A DNA stretch of 37,398 bases, taken from positions 1 to 37,398 of the forward strand of contig CALKOM010000157.1 of the NCBI GenBank assembly GCA_938091905.1, in the 5' to 3' direction. The DNA is from an uncultured Verrucomicrobiales bacterium (lineage in GTDB: Bacteria > Verrucomicrobiota > Verrucomicrobiia > Verrucomicrobiales > DEV007). Under the pieces are notes generated by a model. That model ran no database searches and had not been told where the DNA came from. It worked only from the letters and a program-made list of their open reading frames with translations. A program made the position numbers and the translations under genes. Shown piece by piece: positions 19,244 through 28,828 of the stretch (the first letter of the stretch is position 1; the number at the start of each line of letters is the position of its first letter).

Positions 19244-20724
19244 GCCAGGATGTCCTGGACCACCTCAGCATGCTTCACGCCAGTGAGTTTCTGAGCCAGG
19301 CCTTGGAAGGGGAAGTTTAGCTTCTCGTGATCAAACCCTAACAGGTGTACGAGTGTGGCGTGGAAGTTCCGCAGGGGCACGGGATTGACCGCCGCTTCAT
19401 AGCCGAGAGCATCCGTTTCGCCGTAGCTGAATCCGGGTTTGATCCCTGCACCAGCCATCCACAGTGTGAAGGCATTTGGATTGTGATCCCTGCCGATGAA
19501 GCTCATGGAGCCTCCACCGCGGTTCTCTTGCATGGGGGTACGCCCGAACTCAGCACCCCACACGACAAGTGTGTCCTCAAGTAGGCCACGCTGCTTGAGG
19601 TCGGTTAGGAGGGCTGAAATCGGTCGATCTGTCTGGCGGCACTTGTCTTTGAATCCGAAATTCAATGACTCGCTCTTGTTTGAGCCGTGGGTGTCCCAGC
19701 CCCAATCGAAGAGCTGAATGTAGCGTACTCCAGATTCGGCAAGCCGTCTCGCTAACAAACAGTTATTTGCGAAGCTCTCTTTGCCTGGAGTGGTACCATA
19801 GGCTTCTTGAACCGACGTTGGTTCGCTTGAGATGTCCATTGCTTCTGGGGCAGACATTTGCATTCGGAAGGCCATCTCGTACTGGGCAATGCGTGTGACG
19901 GTCTCAGGATCCCCGACCGAAGCGTGTGTCATCTCATTGAGATTCCCCAAGGCATTCAAAGCAGCTCGGCGCATTGATCGTGACACGCCTTTGGGATTGC
20001 GAATGTTCAGAACGGGATCGCCAACGGACCGGCACTGGACGCCCTGGTAGACGGACGGAAGAAATCCCGAGCCCCAGAGGCTCTTGCCGACACGAGGAAG
20101 GCGTCCACCCGAAATGAGGACAACGAAGCCAGGCAAGTTTTGGTTCTCTGTGCCGAGTCCCCAGTTGACCCACGAGCCAATGGACGGCTTGCCGAGTCCA
20201 GCGTTGCCCGTGTGTACCATGAGCTGAGCAGGTCCATGATTAAATTGCTCCGTTGTCATGGTTTTGATGAAGCACATGTCATCGGCGTGCTTTTGGAGAT
20301 TCGGCATCCTGTCAGAAATCCATTGACCGCTCTGACCGTACTGGGCAAAGGGATACTGGTGTCCTAACATCTGGGGTACTCCACGGATGAACGCGAAACG
20401 CTTACCTTCTAGATACTCCTGAGGACAAGCCTTGCCATCAAAGCGATCTAATTCGGGCTTGTAGTCGAAGAGCTCCAACTGGCTGGGCGCACCAATCATG
20501 TGGAGGTAGATCACTCGTTTGACCTTGCCCTTTAGGGGAGCTGCCAGGGTGCTCAAAGGTTCAGAGGCGTCATGCTGGATGGCAGGGGCCTCATTTCCAT
20601 GAGCTTGAGATGCCAGCCACAGCGCACCCATGCCAGAAGAGCAGTCGCGAAGGAAGTGGCGCCTCGTCCGAGACTCAAGCAGGTCGTGCTGGTGATGGGC
20701 GAGAACTTTGGAAAAGTCGGTCAT
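19240..20724 (-). CDS. DUF1501 domain protein (Tat-exported, PVC sulfatase-like fold)
   Basis: RRHFL, GAPSQLELFDYKP, CLLARRLAESGVRYIQ, WDTH, EFGRTP and GRDHNP. Confidence 0.92.
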   Translation of the reverse strand: MTDFSKVLAHHQHDLLESRTRRHFLRDCSSGMGALWLASQAHGNEAPAIQHDASEPLSTLAAPLKGKVKRVIYLHMIGAPSQLELFDYKPELDRFDGKACPQEYLEGKRFAFIRGVPQMLGHQYPFAQYGQSGQWISDRMPNLQKHADDMCFIKTMTTEQFNHGPAQLMVHTGNAGLGKPSIGSWVNWGLGTENQNLPGFVVLISGGRLPRVGKSLWGSGFLPSVYQGVQCRSVGDPVLNIRNPKGVSRSMRRAALNALGNLNEMTHASVGDPETVTRIAQYEMAFRMQMSAPEAMDISSEPTSVQEAYGTTPGKESFANNCLLARRLAESGVRYIQLFDWGWDTHGSNKSESLNFGFKDKCRQTDRPISALLTDLKQRGLLEDTLVVWGAEFGRTPMQENRGGGSMSFIGRDHNPNAFTLWMAGAGIKPGFSYGETDALGYEAAVNPVPLRNFHATLVHLLGFDHEKLNFPFQGLAQKLTGVKHAEVVQDILA

Positions 20725-20726
20725 AG

Positions 20727-23540
20727 CTACTTTGTGAGGGCGGCGTCTAGATTGATTAGAACGGAGGCGACAACGGTGAGCGCTTCGCTGTGAGACGCTT
20801 TCTCAGTATCGCGCAAGCGCTTGTAAAGGCGTTCGAGTTCGTTCAATGCGCCAGACCTAGGGGGATGGGAAGTGGTTAGTAGAAAGCCGTAGGCTAGTTT
20901 GGTAGCTAGATTCCCTTCATTGCCATCAATCCGGTCCGCGAGTGCTCGCGCACATTCTTCAAAAGCTTCGTCGTTGAGCAATGTGAGCGATTGAAGTGGT
21001 GTATTGCTAGGAAGCCGACGTTGCTGGCAAATTTCGCGGGATGGCGCGTCAAAGGTTGCGAACATGGGAAAGGGGATGCTTCGCTTCATAAACACGTAGA
21101 GCGAACGGCGATAGCGGTCACTGTCGTTTGGTTGGGCGGTCACCCATTTCTCTCCTGAGAACGGGGTCCAAACGCCTTTGGGGAGGGGAGGATAGACGGG
21201 AGGACCATAGAGCTTAGGGGAGAAGAGCCCGGAAACCGCCAAGGCATGATCTCGGACCATCTCTGCGGTCATGCGTTGCCGAGGGCCTCGGCCGAGCTTC
21301 GCATTGCTAGGATCATCTGAATAGGCTGCTGGACTGACGCTAGCGGTTTGTTGATACGTGCCGGAAAGCACTATATCTTTAAGGAGCGACTTCACGCTCC
21401 AGCCATGATCTTGCTGAAAGCGAATCGCCAGGTGGTCGAGCAATCTCGGATGCGTCGGTTGGTCGCCAGCAGAACCAAAGTCCTCTAACGTGAGCACGAG
21501 GCCGCGACCAAAAAGCTGTTCCCACAAACGATTCGCCATGACCCGAGCCGTGAGGGGATTCTCGGAACTTACAAACCATTTGGCAAGCGCGAGCCGATCA
21601 CGCGGAGCATCGGCAGACAGTGGGGGAAATGACACAGGGACGTTTGGCCCAACGAGCTTGCCTTTGGCAAGCCAGTTTCCTCGTTCGAACACTCTCGTGT
21701 CACGACGGAGATGCGACGGGCGCTCGTGAAGGATTGGAATGGTAATCGCCCGAAACTCTTTCTCTGCTTCGCTGAGAGAATCGAGCGTCTCTCGTCTAAG
21801 AGCAATGGAAGGATTATTTGAGAAATCTATCCACTCAGTGCGGTTGGTTAAAGAGATTCTTCCGCGCTTGGTTACTAGCGGAAACGCTCCTAAAGCAAAG
21901 ACCTCATGTTTGAGATGGATGCGAAGGTTCATGTTCGTGACAAGCTTGAGAGGCTGTTTCAAAACCACAACGCAGTGGCGTTCGTGAAACTGTTTGCTGT
22001 ATGGTCCCGCTCCCCGGCTTCCTTTCTTGAGGCTTTCATTCGGATCGTAAAAGGGCTCGGGCTCATCGGAGATCACCTCCCGCAGCGGGATCTCGCTATG
22101 TGAGTCAGATCCGGGTGGTCGTTGTTCGAAAGTGATTCTTGAAAGCACGGAACCCCACTCTGGAGTATGCTTTGCATTTTCAGGATCATGGGGTAGCAGG
22201 TCGATGCGGAAGGCCGTCAGTTCAGTCATCCCTTGTGGGACGTCCAAGTTCAGCGTGAACGTCGTTCCTTTAGCCATGTTTCCAGTGGCTCGAAACTCAT
22301 CCCCCACAATCTCGACGCCAGTGCCTGAAGACGACTCGGCGGAAGTGATTCTAGCGTTCTGCCAAGCTGTTTTTGCAGTGAGATTTGAAGATGCTTCGTA
22401 GATTGATTCGTTGAGGAGTTTACGTCTAGAAATGATCTTAGCTGCATGAGCCTCATGTGTCTTGTCTAACGGAACGCGCAACTTGGGATATCCCTCGCCG
22501 AGATCGGCATCGGCCGTGTTATTGAAGAAGGCCATGAAGGAATAATAGTCCTCATGTTGAAAGTCATCGTAAGGGTGGGAATGACATTGCACGCAACCAA
22601 AGGTTACGCCTTGCAGTGCTTCCCAAGTTGTACTTACGCGATCCATCACCGCGAGTACACGAAACTCCTCGTCATCGGTGCCGCCTTCGTTGTTGCTCTG
22701 CGTCAGTCTGTGGAATGCGGTAGCAAGGGTTTGACTCATCGTCGGATTGGGCAAGAGGTCACCCGCGAGCTGCTCTATGATAAACTTGTCGTAGGGCTTG
22801 TCCTCATTAAAGGCTTCTATAAGCCAGTCGCGGTATTTCCAAACCTTGCGGCTGCGATCCACGCCGAGACCTTCAGAATCCGCGTAGCGAGCCACATCCA
22901 TCCACAGGCTGGCCCAACGTTCTCCAAAGTGCTTGGAGTCTAACAGGCGTTCAACAACTGCTTGGTAGGCATCTGTCGTTGGTGCATTGGCGAAGGCTGC
23001 GAGTTCTTCTGGCGTAGGAGGCAAGCCGGTGAGATCAAGGGTGACTCGGCGAAGTAACTCAGCGGGTGGTGCCTGATCTGCTGGAGACATGCCGCTTTTG
23101 GCAAGCGAGGCCCGAATCAGGGAGTCGATGCTGCTTGTAGAGTCACGAGCTTCATTACGCTGTGGCGCATCAAAGGACCAATGCTTCTTCCATGTGGCGC
23201 CTTCGTTGATCCACTGAGCTAGAATGCGTTGCTCTGTTAGAGTGAGCGCGGAGCCATGCTCAGGCGGCGGCATGCGTTCATCTTCGTCCTGCGACCGAAT
23301 CCGAAGAATCATCTCAGATTCATCTGGCTGGTTGGGCACAATAGCGGCGAGGCCAGATTTCGCCTTACCTGTAGCCTGTTCGAAACTAAGAAGGGACAGA
23401 CCCGATGCCTTCTTCACACCACCGTGACAACTCACGCAGTGCTTATTCAGTAGAGGCTTGACGTCCTCAGCAAAGTCTACTGGGGCTGCTACCACGATCG
23501 TGGCCAGAAAGAAATAACTTAGGACGAGAAAACGAAACAT
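20727..23540 (-). CDS. PSD1 and planctomycete cytochrome c domain protein (DUF1549/DUF1553)
   Basis: CVSCH and CVQCH haem motifs, LLRRVTLDLTGLPP, NPLTARVMANRLW, RRSLY and NTPLQSLTLLND. Confidence 0.92.
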   Translation of the reverse strand: MFRFLVLSYFFLATIVVAAPVDFAEDVKPLLNKHCVSCHGGVKKASGLSLLSFEQATGKAKSGLAAIVPNQPDESEMILRIRSQDEDERMPPPEHGSALTLTEQRILAQWINEGATWKKHWSFDAPQRNEARDSTSSIDSLIRASLAKSGMSPADQAPPAELLRRVTLDLTGLPPTPEELAAFANAPTTDAYQAVVERLLDSKHFGERWASLWMDVARYADSEGLGVDRSRKVWKYRDWLIEAFNEDKPYDKFIIEQLAGDLLPNPTMSQTLATAFHRLTQSNNEGGTDDEEFRVLAVMDRVSTTWEALQGVTFGCVQCHSHPYDDFQHEDYYSFMAFFNNTADADLGEGYPKLRVPLDKTHEAHAAKIISRRKLLNESIYEASSNLTAKTAWQNARITSAESSSGTGVEIVGDEFRATGNMAKGTTFTLNLDVPQGMTELTAFRIDLLPHDPENAKHTPEWGSVLSRITFEQRPPGSDSHSEIPLREVISDEPEPFYDPNESLKKGSRGAGPYSKQFHERHCVVVLKQPLKLVTNMNLRIHLKHEVFALGAFPLVTKRGRISLTNRTEWIDFSNNPSIALRRETLDSLSEAEKEFRAITIPILHERPSHLRRDTRVFERGNWLAKGKLVGPNVPVSFPPLSADAPRDRLALAKWFVSSENPLTARVMANRLWEQLFGRGLVLTLEDFGSAGDQPTHPRLLDHLAIRFQQDHGWSVKSLLKDIVLSGTYQQTASVSPAAYSDDPSNAKLGRGPRQRMTAEMVRDHALAVSGLFSPKLYGPPVYPPLPKGVWTPFSGEKWVTAQPNDSDRYRRSLYVFMKRSIPFPMFATFDAPSREICQQRRLPSNTPLQSLTLLNDEAFEECARALADRIDGNEGNLATKLAYGFLLTTSHPPRSGALNELERLYKRLRDTEKASHSEALTVVASVLINLDAALTK

Positions 23541-23548
23541 TGGCTATG

Positions 23549-25798
23549 CTAATCAACACCGGCTTCAGCCAGGCGTTTGCGATACACTTCGCGTGCGTGA
23601 GCGTAAGCGTCAATCGCGTCATTCATCTCTTCCTCTGCGATGAAGCGCTCTTTCTGCTTCCACAGTTGGTCAACTGACTTTGAGCACCACTCTAGGCTTT
23701 TCTTCTGGCGAACCGGCTTGTTGTCGACGTGCACAAAGATAGGGTTCGTGTGCGAGCTTGGCAAGATACGCATCGCGACCCAAGCGCTCGCCTTGATTTC
23801 CGTTTCTAGCGTCAACGTAGTGAGTGAGCCATCGGCAGAAATTGTCTGTTTCGCTTGCGGAATACCGTTGACCAGAAGCTCGACGTCGACGTTGCGCGAA
23901 TCTCCAATTCGGGCGCGCTCCAAGTGCCAGTAAGGCTGTTGGCTAGTGCTTCGGCTGCTGATAGATTTGTCAGGAGTTTTTCCTAGCAAAGCGGCTACCT
24001 TCACTTCTGTAGAGATCTGTCCCGGAGCATCCAGATGTAAGTCTGGCGCTCCGCTGCCGAGGTCGATGTTGTTTACCTTAAAATCGATTAGGTGACTGTA
24101 GCCATCCGAGACATAGTTGCGGCCTTCTTCAATGCCCTGGCACCAGCCATCGTAATCTAGTTTGTCTGGCATCTTTACATACGAGCGTCCCAATCCTACG
24201 CGCTGGCCGTAGATACATGGGAAATCTGTTTCGCCGCTTACCCGTGTTCGAAATCCTGCATTGAGCGTATGATACCAGATGTTGAGTTCCCAAGGGTAAG
24301 GCGTGTCGACGGTGGAAATGAAGTCGACTGCGGGCACAAGGTCTCCGTCTGGGCCAGGGACATTGTGTGTCACATCGACAATGTATTCGCAAGCGCCGAT
24401 GCCGTCGAAGGGCGGAATCTCATAGGACGGAAGATCATCGTTCGATATGGAGAGTCCCCATCCTGAGTGTGCTGGCCCACATACCGCACCTTGTTGTTGT
24501 GCCCAGCGAAGCGTGTTTAGACACAGGGTTGGCCAGTGGTCCTTCGAGTTGCCTCCCGGATACATCTGCTGTTTCAAGCGAAGGAGGCAAAGGTGCCCCG
24601 ACTGATGCGATCCAAAGCCTGATACTTCAATGTCATAGCGCAGAAGATACGGATACTGGGAGACAGAGTCATCCTTTCCGGTAAAGAACTGCTTCTGGTA
24701 GTCGAAACACGGTCCCCAGGTGAGGTTGGCGCCTACCTTGAGGTCTTCACCGAGACAATGTCGCATCATGTCGGGGGCGTGAACGCCTTCGGTTGGATTA
24801 TTATAATGAGCGCAACCAGCGGCATGAATGTGGTGATCGCCTGACCACCAACCAAAGCTGGCGGGATCAATCCAGCGTTTGAGTTCGAAGCGAACCGTCT
24901 GAGGTTGTCCTGTGACAGTGACTTCTTGAGTTTGTGCATGGTATTCAGGGCCGCGCGCACATTGGATCTTAAACTTGCCAGCGGGTAGTGTGACGGACTC
25001 TCCAGATTCCCGATACACTTGCGGGTGAAAGGAGAAGTCGGGAGCGAGGCGCTTTGTTTGTGCTGGGTAGATGCGCCCTAGCATGTCTCTAATTTCCAAG
25101 GAGGCGGTTGTGGGCTTTCCGTGTTCGTCGAGGATCTCGAAGGCAACGGGTGTGCTCTTGGCGCACTTGAATGAAGTCATGAGATCACTGCGAAAGCCGA
25201 GGTCTTGAGTGCCTTGGCCGACAGAAAATTCGACGACGGCGCTACGTTGACCGGCGTCTCGACTGTAGATCTGGAGGATTTGGTATTCTAGCAGCGCCCC
25301 TGAAAGTGCTGGGGCCATGGGACGGCCACTGAAGACTTCTAGATCCATCCAACGATCTCGAATTTCTTTGGAGGGTGCGCCGTGCAGCGGTCGGGCCTGC
25401 TTGCTCGTGGCGACCAGAGGATGAGTGACCCCAGCTTCATTGTGGACCTTGACGAGAAATGCGCGCCAACCATGCTGAACGAGTTCAAGAGGCGCGGGTC
25501 CTCCAGCCACCTTGACTCGAGATTCCGGATTGATCTGCACGTGTGAGATGCAGAGCGGGTCTAACGTTGCCTGCACTTTTGCGATGGCATCGGCGTTATT
25601 TTGATTGTTATTGGCTTCTGTTAGGGACTGCTTAGCTTCAGTGCTCAACGGTTGGCCAAGATAATCCAGAGCCTCGGCCAGTCGCTGAGTTTGTAAGAGA
25701 AGCGGCTGAGCGTCCATGCCCTCGATCACTGGTATCGACCGAGCATGGATCTGAGAGACTAGTAAACTAATCAGAAGTGTAGAGAGACGCGTTTTCAT
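23549..25798 (-). CDS. Exported CehA/McbA-family (PHP-like) metallohydrolase
   Basis: Signal peptide; RGPEY, WWSGDHHIH, AHSG, GETDFPC and HTNPIFV. Confidence 0.8.
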   Translation of the reverse strand: MKTRLSTLLISLLVSQIHARSIPVIEGMDAQPLLLQTQRLAEALDYLGQPLSTEAKQSLTEANNNQNNADAIAKVQATLDPLCISHVQINPESRVKVAGGPAPLELVQHGWRAFLVKVHNEAGVTHPLVATSKQARPLHGAPSKEIRDRWMDLEVFSGRPMAPALSGALLEYQILQIYSRDAGQRSAVVEFSVGQGTQDLGFRSDLMTSFKCAKSTPVAFEILDEHGKPTTASLEIRDMLGRIYPAQTKRLAPDFSFHPQVYRESGESVTLPAGKFKIQCARGPEYHAQTQEVTVTGQPQTVRFELKRWIDPASFGWWSGDHHIHAAGCAHYNNPTEGVHAPDMMRHCLGEDLKVGANLTWGPCFDYQKQFFTGKDDSVSQYPYLLRYDIEVSGFGSHQSGHLCLLRLKQQMYPGGNSKDHWPTLCLNTLRWAQQQGAVCGPAHSGWGLSISNDDLPSYEIPPFDGIGACEYIVDVTHNVPGPDGDLVPAVDFISTVDTPYPWELNIWYHTLNAGFRTRVSGETDFPCIYGQRVGLGRSYVKMPDKLDYDGWCQGIEEGRNYVSDGYSHLIDFKVNNIDLGSGAPDLHLDAPGQISTEVKVAALLGKTPDKSISSRSTSQQPYWHLERARIGDSRNVDVELLVNGIPQAKQTISADGSLTTLTLETEIKASAWVAMRILPSSHTNPIFVHVDNKPVRQKKSLEWCSKSVDQLWKQKERFIAEEEMNDAIDAYAHAREVYRKRLAEAGVD

Positions 25799-25836
25799 CT
25801 ATCTACAGTGCCCAATTACCCCCATGCTGGTCAAGG

Positions 25837-26844
25837 CTAGGTAGAAAGGCTGAGCAGCCGACGAATGTGGCGGCAGTAGGCCGCATTGTTGCCGCCCCGC
25901 CCGAGTTGATCGATGAGCAATGACGAAAGGTCATTGCTGTCAGCTGGGAACAACCGGGGCGCCGATTCGGAGCATGACGTCCAGCTATAGAAGGGCGCTG
26001 TGAATTCGAAGCGCATCGGCTCGCCCGTATGATGGAAGAGAACCTGGCTGATTGGCTGATTGTTCTGGCTCGCCTGGAATGAGATTTCTGGCTCCACCGG
26101 ATGCAGGCGTTCCAAGAGCCAAGCGCCAAGAAGCTGAGCGGTGGTTTCATGGCCGTGCGCATGAGTGACCGCGATCTTGCTGAGTGATTCTAAGTTTCGT
26201 AGAGCTTGGGGATCCTCGAACCCCGCAGCTATGGCGAGCCGAAGGTGGAAGGTGCGCGTCCAATTGAGATCGTGAACGACAAAACGTTGGGTAGGATCAT
26301 TGCGAATCTCGAGGAGACGCTCAAAGTCTGCTCTGGCATTTCTCCAGTTTTGGCTATCGATGACAAGCCTATCAATCCTGCTATACAACCCCTGATCGAA
26401 TGAGCCAGAAAGAGGAGCTTGCCACCACAATACGAGGGGAAGATCTGAATCGAGGTTGGCAAACAGAAGATTGGAGAGGCGCGCTGGAGAGAACCCGTGC
26501 ATGCGAAAGGCCAGTTGTTCGCAGCACACGGCCTTTCTGCCATCAGGCCCGAGTGAACAGTGGGCAGTGACCCAGGATTCGGTGTGTTTGTCAGAACTGT
26601 CGAACTGTGCCTCGATAAGTAGGACTCGGCACGCGTGTTCAAGGGTTAGGCCGTAAACGAGTTGGGTGTTCGCTTTGAGAGCATCCGCTTCCTCGCTGTA
26701 GATCACGAGATTCATTAGCGATGCTCGGGTCGCCGTCTCGTTCTCTTTCCAAAGAGCCTTCAATGCCGCGTTGATTTCGCTTGGCTCAGTCGATTGGCCG
26801 AGAGCGCTATCATGGGCGAGGAGAGGGGCGAGATCGGTTGTCAT
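25837..26844 (-). CDS. opcA: Glucose-6-phosphate dehydrogenase assembly protein OpcA
   Basis: RASLMNLVIY, HACRV, CCEQ, DLPLVLWWQ, DRLVIDS and DLNWTR. Start MTTDL at 26844. Confidence 0.88.
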   Translation of the reverse strand: MTTDLAPLLAHDSALGQSTEPSEINAALKALWKENETATRASLMNLVIYSEEADALKANTQLVYGLTLEHACRVLLIEAQFDSSDKHTESWVTAHCSLGPDGRKAVCCEQLAFRMHGFSPARLSNLLFANLDSDLPLVLWWQAPLSGSFDQGLYSRIDRLVIDSQNWRNARADFERLLEIRNDPTQRFVVHDLNWTRTFHLRLAIAAGFEDPQALRNLESLSKIAVTHAHGHETTAQLLGAWLLERLHPVEPEISFQASQNNQPISQVLFHHTGEPMRFEFTAPFYSWTSCSESAPRLFPADSNDLSSLLIDQLGRGGNNAAYCRHIRRLLSLST

Positions 26845-26860
26845 GGTTGAGGACCTACGG

Positions 26861-26992
26861 TTACTTCGCCTCGATTGCGCCGTTGGCCAAGTGTTGAATT
26901 GGGCCGATGAGGCCTTTGACGGCGTGGGCAACCTTTTGGAAGTCGAATTTGCCGAGAGGATACTTGCAGAGATGATTGGATATCAGATCATC
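26861..26992 (-). pseudogene. Orphan 3' gene remnant, possibly an M28-peptidase-like C-terminus
   Basis: A frame with no ATG/GTG start reads ..NHLCKYPLGKFDFQKVAHAVKGLIGPIQHLANGAIEAK*, ending 16 bp before opcA. The family guess is weak. Confidence 0.35.
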
Positions 26993-27061
26993 TTATTGCT
27001 GCTTGGCTAACCCGCATCGCTTCCAGCTGTCACGTTTATACTCTAAACTAACAAAGTGGTA

Positions 27062-28012
27062 TCACTCGGCTCCCAGGCTTGGAAGCCATGGTGGCGCGTT
27101 AAGATTGAGGTTCCCTCCTGACAGGATGACACCGACTCGTTTACCAGCGAAGGTGTCCGGGTTTTGGAGGATGGCGGCCATCGGCACGGCGGCTGAGGGT
27201 TCCACCACGGTCTTAAGCGTGTGCATGAGGTGGTGGGTGGCGTGGATAATCGCTTCTTCTGTCACTAGCAGGACGTCGTCAATGTGACTCTGAATGATGG
27301 CAAAGTTCCGTTCGCCGAGTCCAGTGCGGAGGCCATCGGCAATCGTATAGGTACTTTCAGGCAGAATGCGTTTCCCCGCCAGCCAGCTCATGTAGGCGTC
27401 ATCGGCCTCGGCGGGTTCGGCTGCGATGACACTGACTCTCGCGTCCTTGGCCACGACAGCAGTGCCTGCTAGGAGACCGCCTCCACCTACGGGTGTGATG
27501 ATCAGGTCGAGCTTCTCTGTTTGTGAGAGAAGCTCTAGAGCTGCGGTGCCTTGGCCTGTAATAATGCGGTCGTCGTCGTAGGGGTGAATTTCGGTAGCGC
27601 CAGTTTCACGGACGATGGTTTCGCAAGCAGCTTCGCGCGCTGCCAGTGTTGGTTTGCAAACGGTGAGCTTGCCACCATAGCCACGGACAGCGGCGATCTT
27701 GTTTGGCAACGAGTCTTCTGGCATGACCACATGAGCAGTGACTCCGACGATGCTTGCGGCGTAAGCGAGTGCCGCGCCGTGATTGCCAGAGGAATGCGTG
27801 GCGACACCTCTCGCCAGCGTGTCGCTGTCGAGTGATAGCACAGCATTCAGGGCTCCGCGTGCTTTGAAGGCCCCCACTTTCTGAAGGTTCTCTGCTTTGA
27901 AGAACAAGCTTGCCTGAGCTTCGTCATTTAATCGGCGGCTTGTGAGAACGGGCGTGCGATGAATGTGAGGTGAGATCCGAGCTTGTGCTTGAATGACGGC
28001 TTCGAGAGTCAT
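27062..28012 (-). CDS. PLP-dependent serine/threonine dehydratase or serine racemase family enzyme (no regulatory domain)
   Basis: KAENLQKVGAFKARGA (PLP Lys), SSGNHG, PVGGGGL and ILSGGN. Confidence 0.9.
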   Translation of the reverse strand: MTLEAVIQAQARISPHIHRTPVLTSRRLNDEAQASLFFKAENLQKVGAFKARGALNAVLSLDSDTLARGVATHSSGNHGAALAYAASIVGVTAHVVMPEDSLPNKIAAVRGYGGKLTVCKPTLAAREAACETIVRETGATEIHPYDDDRIITGQGTAALELLSQTEKLDLIITPVGGGGLLAGTAVVAKDARVSVIAAEPAEADDAYMSWLAGKRILPESTYTIADGLRTGLGERNFAIIQSHIDDVLLVTEEAIIHATHHLMHTLKTVVEPSAAVPMAAILQNPDTFAGKRVGVILSGGNLNLNAPPWLPSLGAE

Positions 28013-28245
28013 GATTAGAGTCTAATCTTCTTTGTTGGGCTTCGTCCATTCGATGATGAACGAAAGTAGTTCCTGTGTTCCCTCACTAGCAGGAAGAATT
28101 TCCACTTTACTAAAAAAAGGAAGAGGCGATTTTGGTGAGGTGGCCGTGAGATGACATCCTTGGACGAATCTGTTGGTTGTAGGGCGGGCTCGTAATGGTG
28201 ATCTGACTGGTTTGATCTATCTAGGGACGAATGCCGTTCGATGAT

Positions 28246-28632
28246 TCAGACGGTCTTGGGATCTTCTTGGATCCAGTGACGGATGACGACGCTCTGAACA
28301 TTGTATTTGGCATGCTTCAAAGCCTATTCTGTTAGGGCGACTCGGTCATGCAGAAAGCATCGGGCGATCAGCAGCTGGATCTCGAAGGAATATAGCGGTT
28401 TGCTTCTGTTGATGGCTGCTTTCAGGCGTGTGTTAATGATAGAAAGCGAGGCCCCAAGGATAGTGACAGCAGCGTATGCGGTAGGCGTATGCGGTAGGCG
28501 TATGGTTCCTGACCAGTGAATCGTGCTTCGCAGAGTTCTCGATTGAAGAGTGGTCATTGGCTTTGGGCCGCTCGCGTTGCCATCCCAGGCCAGCCGCGAG
28601 GATCAAGATGGTGGACCAAATTCAATTTCCAT
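28246..28632 (-). pseudogene. Probable decayed gene for a membrane-anchored helical-repeat protein
   Basis: Broken minus-strand frames give IWSTILILAAGLGWQRERP (signal anchor), then ..LLIARCFLHDRVALTE*ALKHAKYNVQSVVIRHWIQEDPKTV* (WxxEDP helical-repeat motif). Confidence 0.4.
28472..28504. repeat. 13-bp tandem repeat, about 2.5 copies
   Basis: GCGTATGCGGTAG GCGTATGCGGTAG GCGTATG. Confidence 0.9.
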
Positions 28633-28828
28633 CGCTGGAAGGAGTGTCGCGTTAGAACAGACGCAAGGGGGGAGGCGAGATCTACGTCTGCGCGACGATG
28701 ACGGAATCGAGAGTCATGGGCGTTGCTTAGTCGTATTCGGGACCCGGGACGATACAAAGAGACGTGCTGTAGCCCGCTCGGTGAGCCTTTCCGTTGAGCC
28801 GGGGTTGAACCGGGGTAACTTTCCCCGA

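Noticed and set aside
27062..28012. Gene symbol ilvA
   Set aside because: No C-terminal regulatory domain; dehydratase versus racemase cannot be resolved from motifs.
28472..28504. Repeat as a possible CRISPR array
   Set aside because: 13-bp units with no spacers, and no cas genes.
28550..28828. 93-aa N-terminal extension of the beta-propeller protein
   Set aside because: The lipoprotein signal begins at 28829; the extension is not protein-like.
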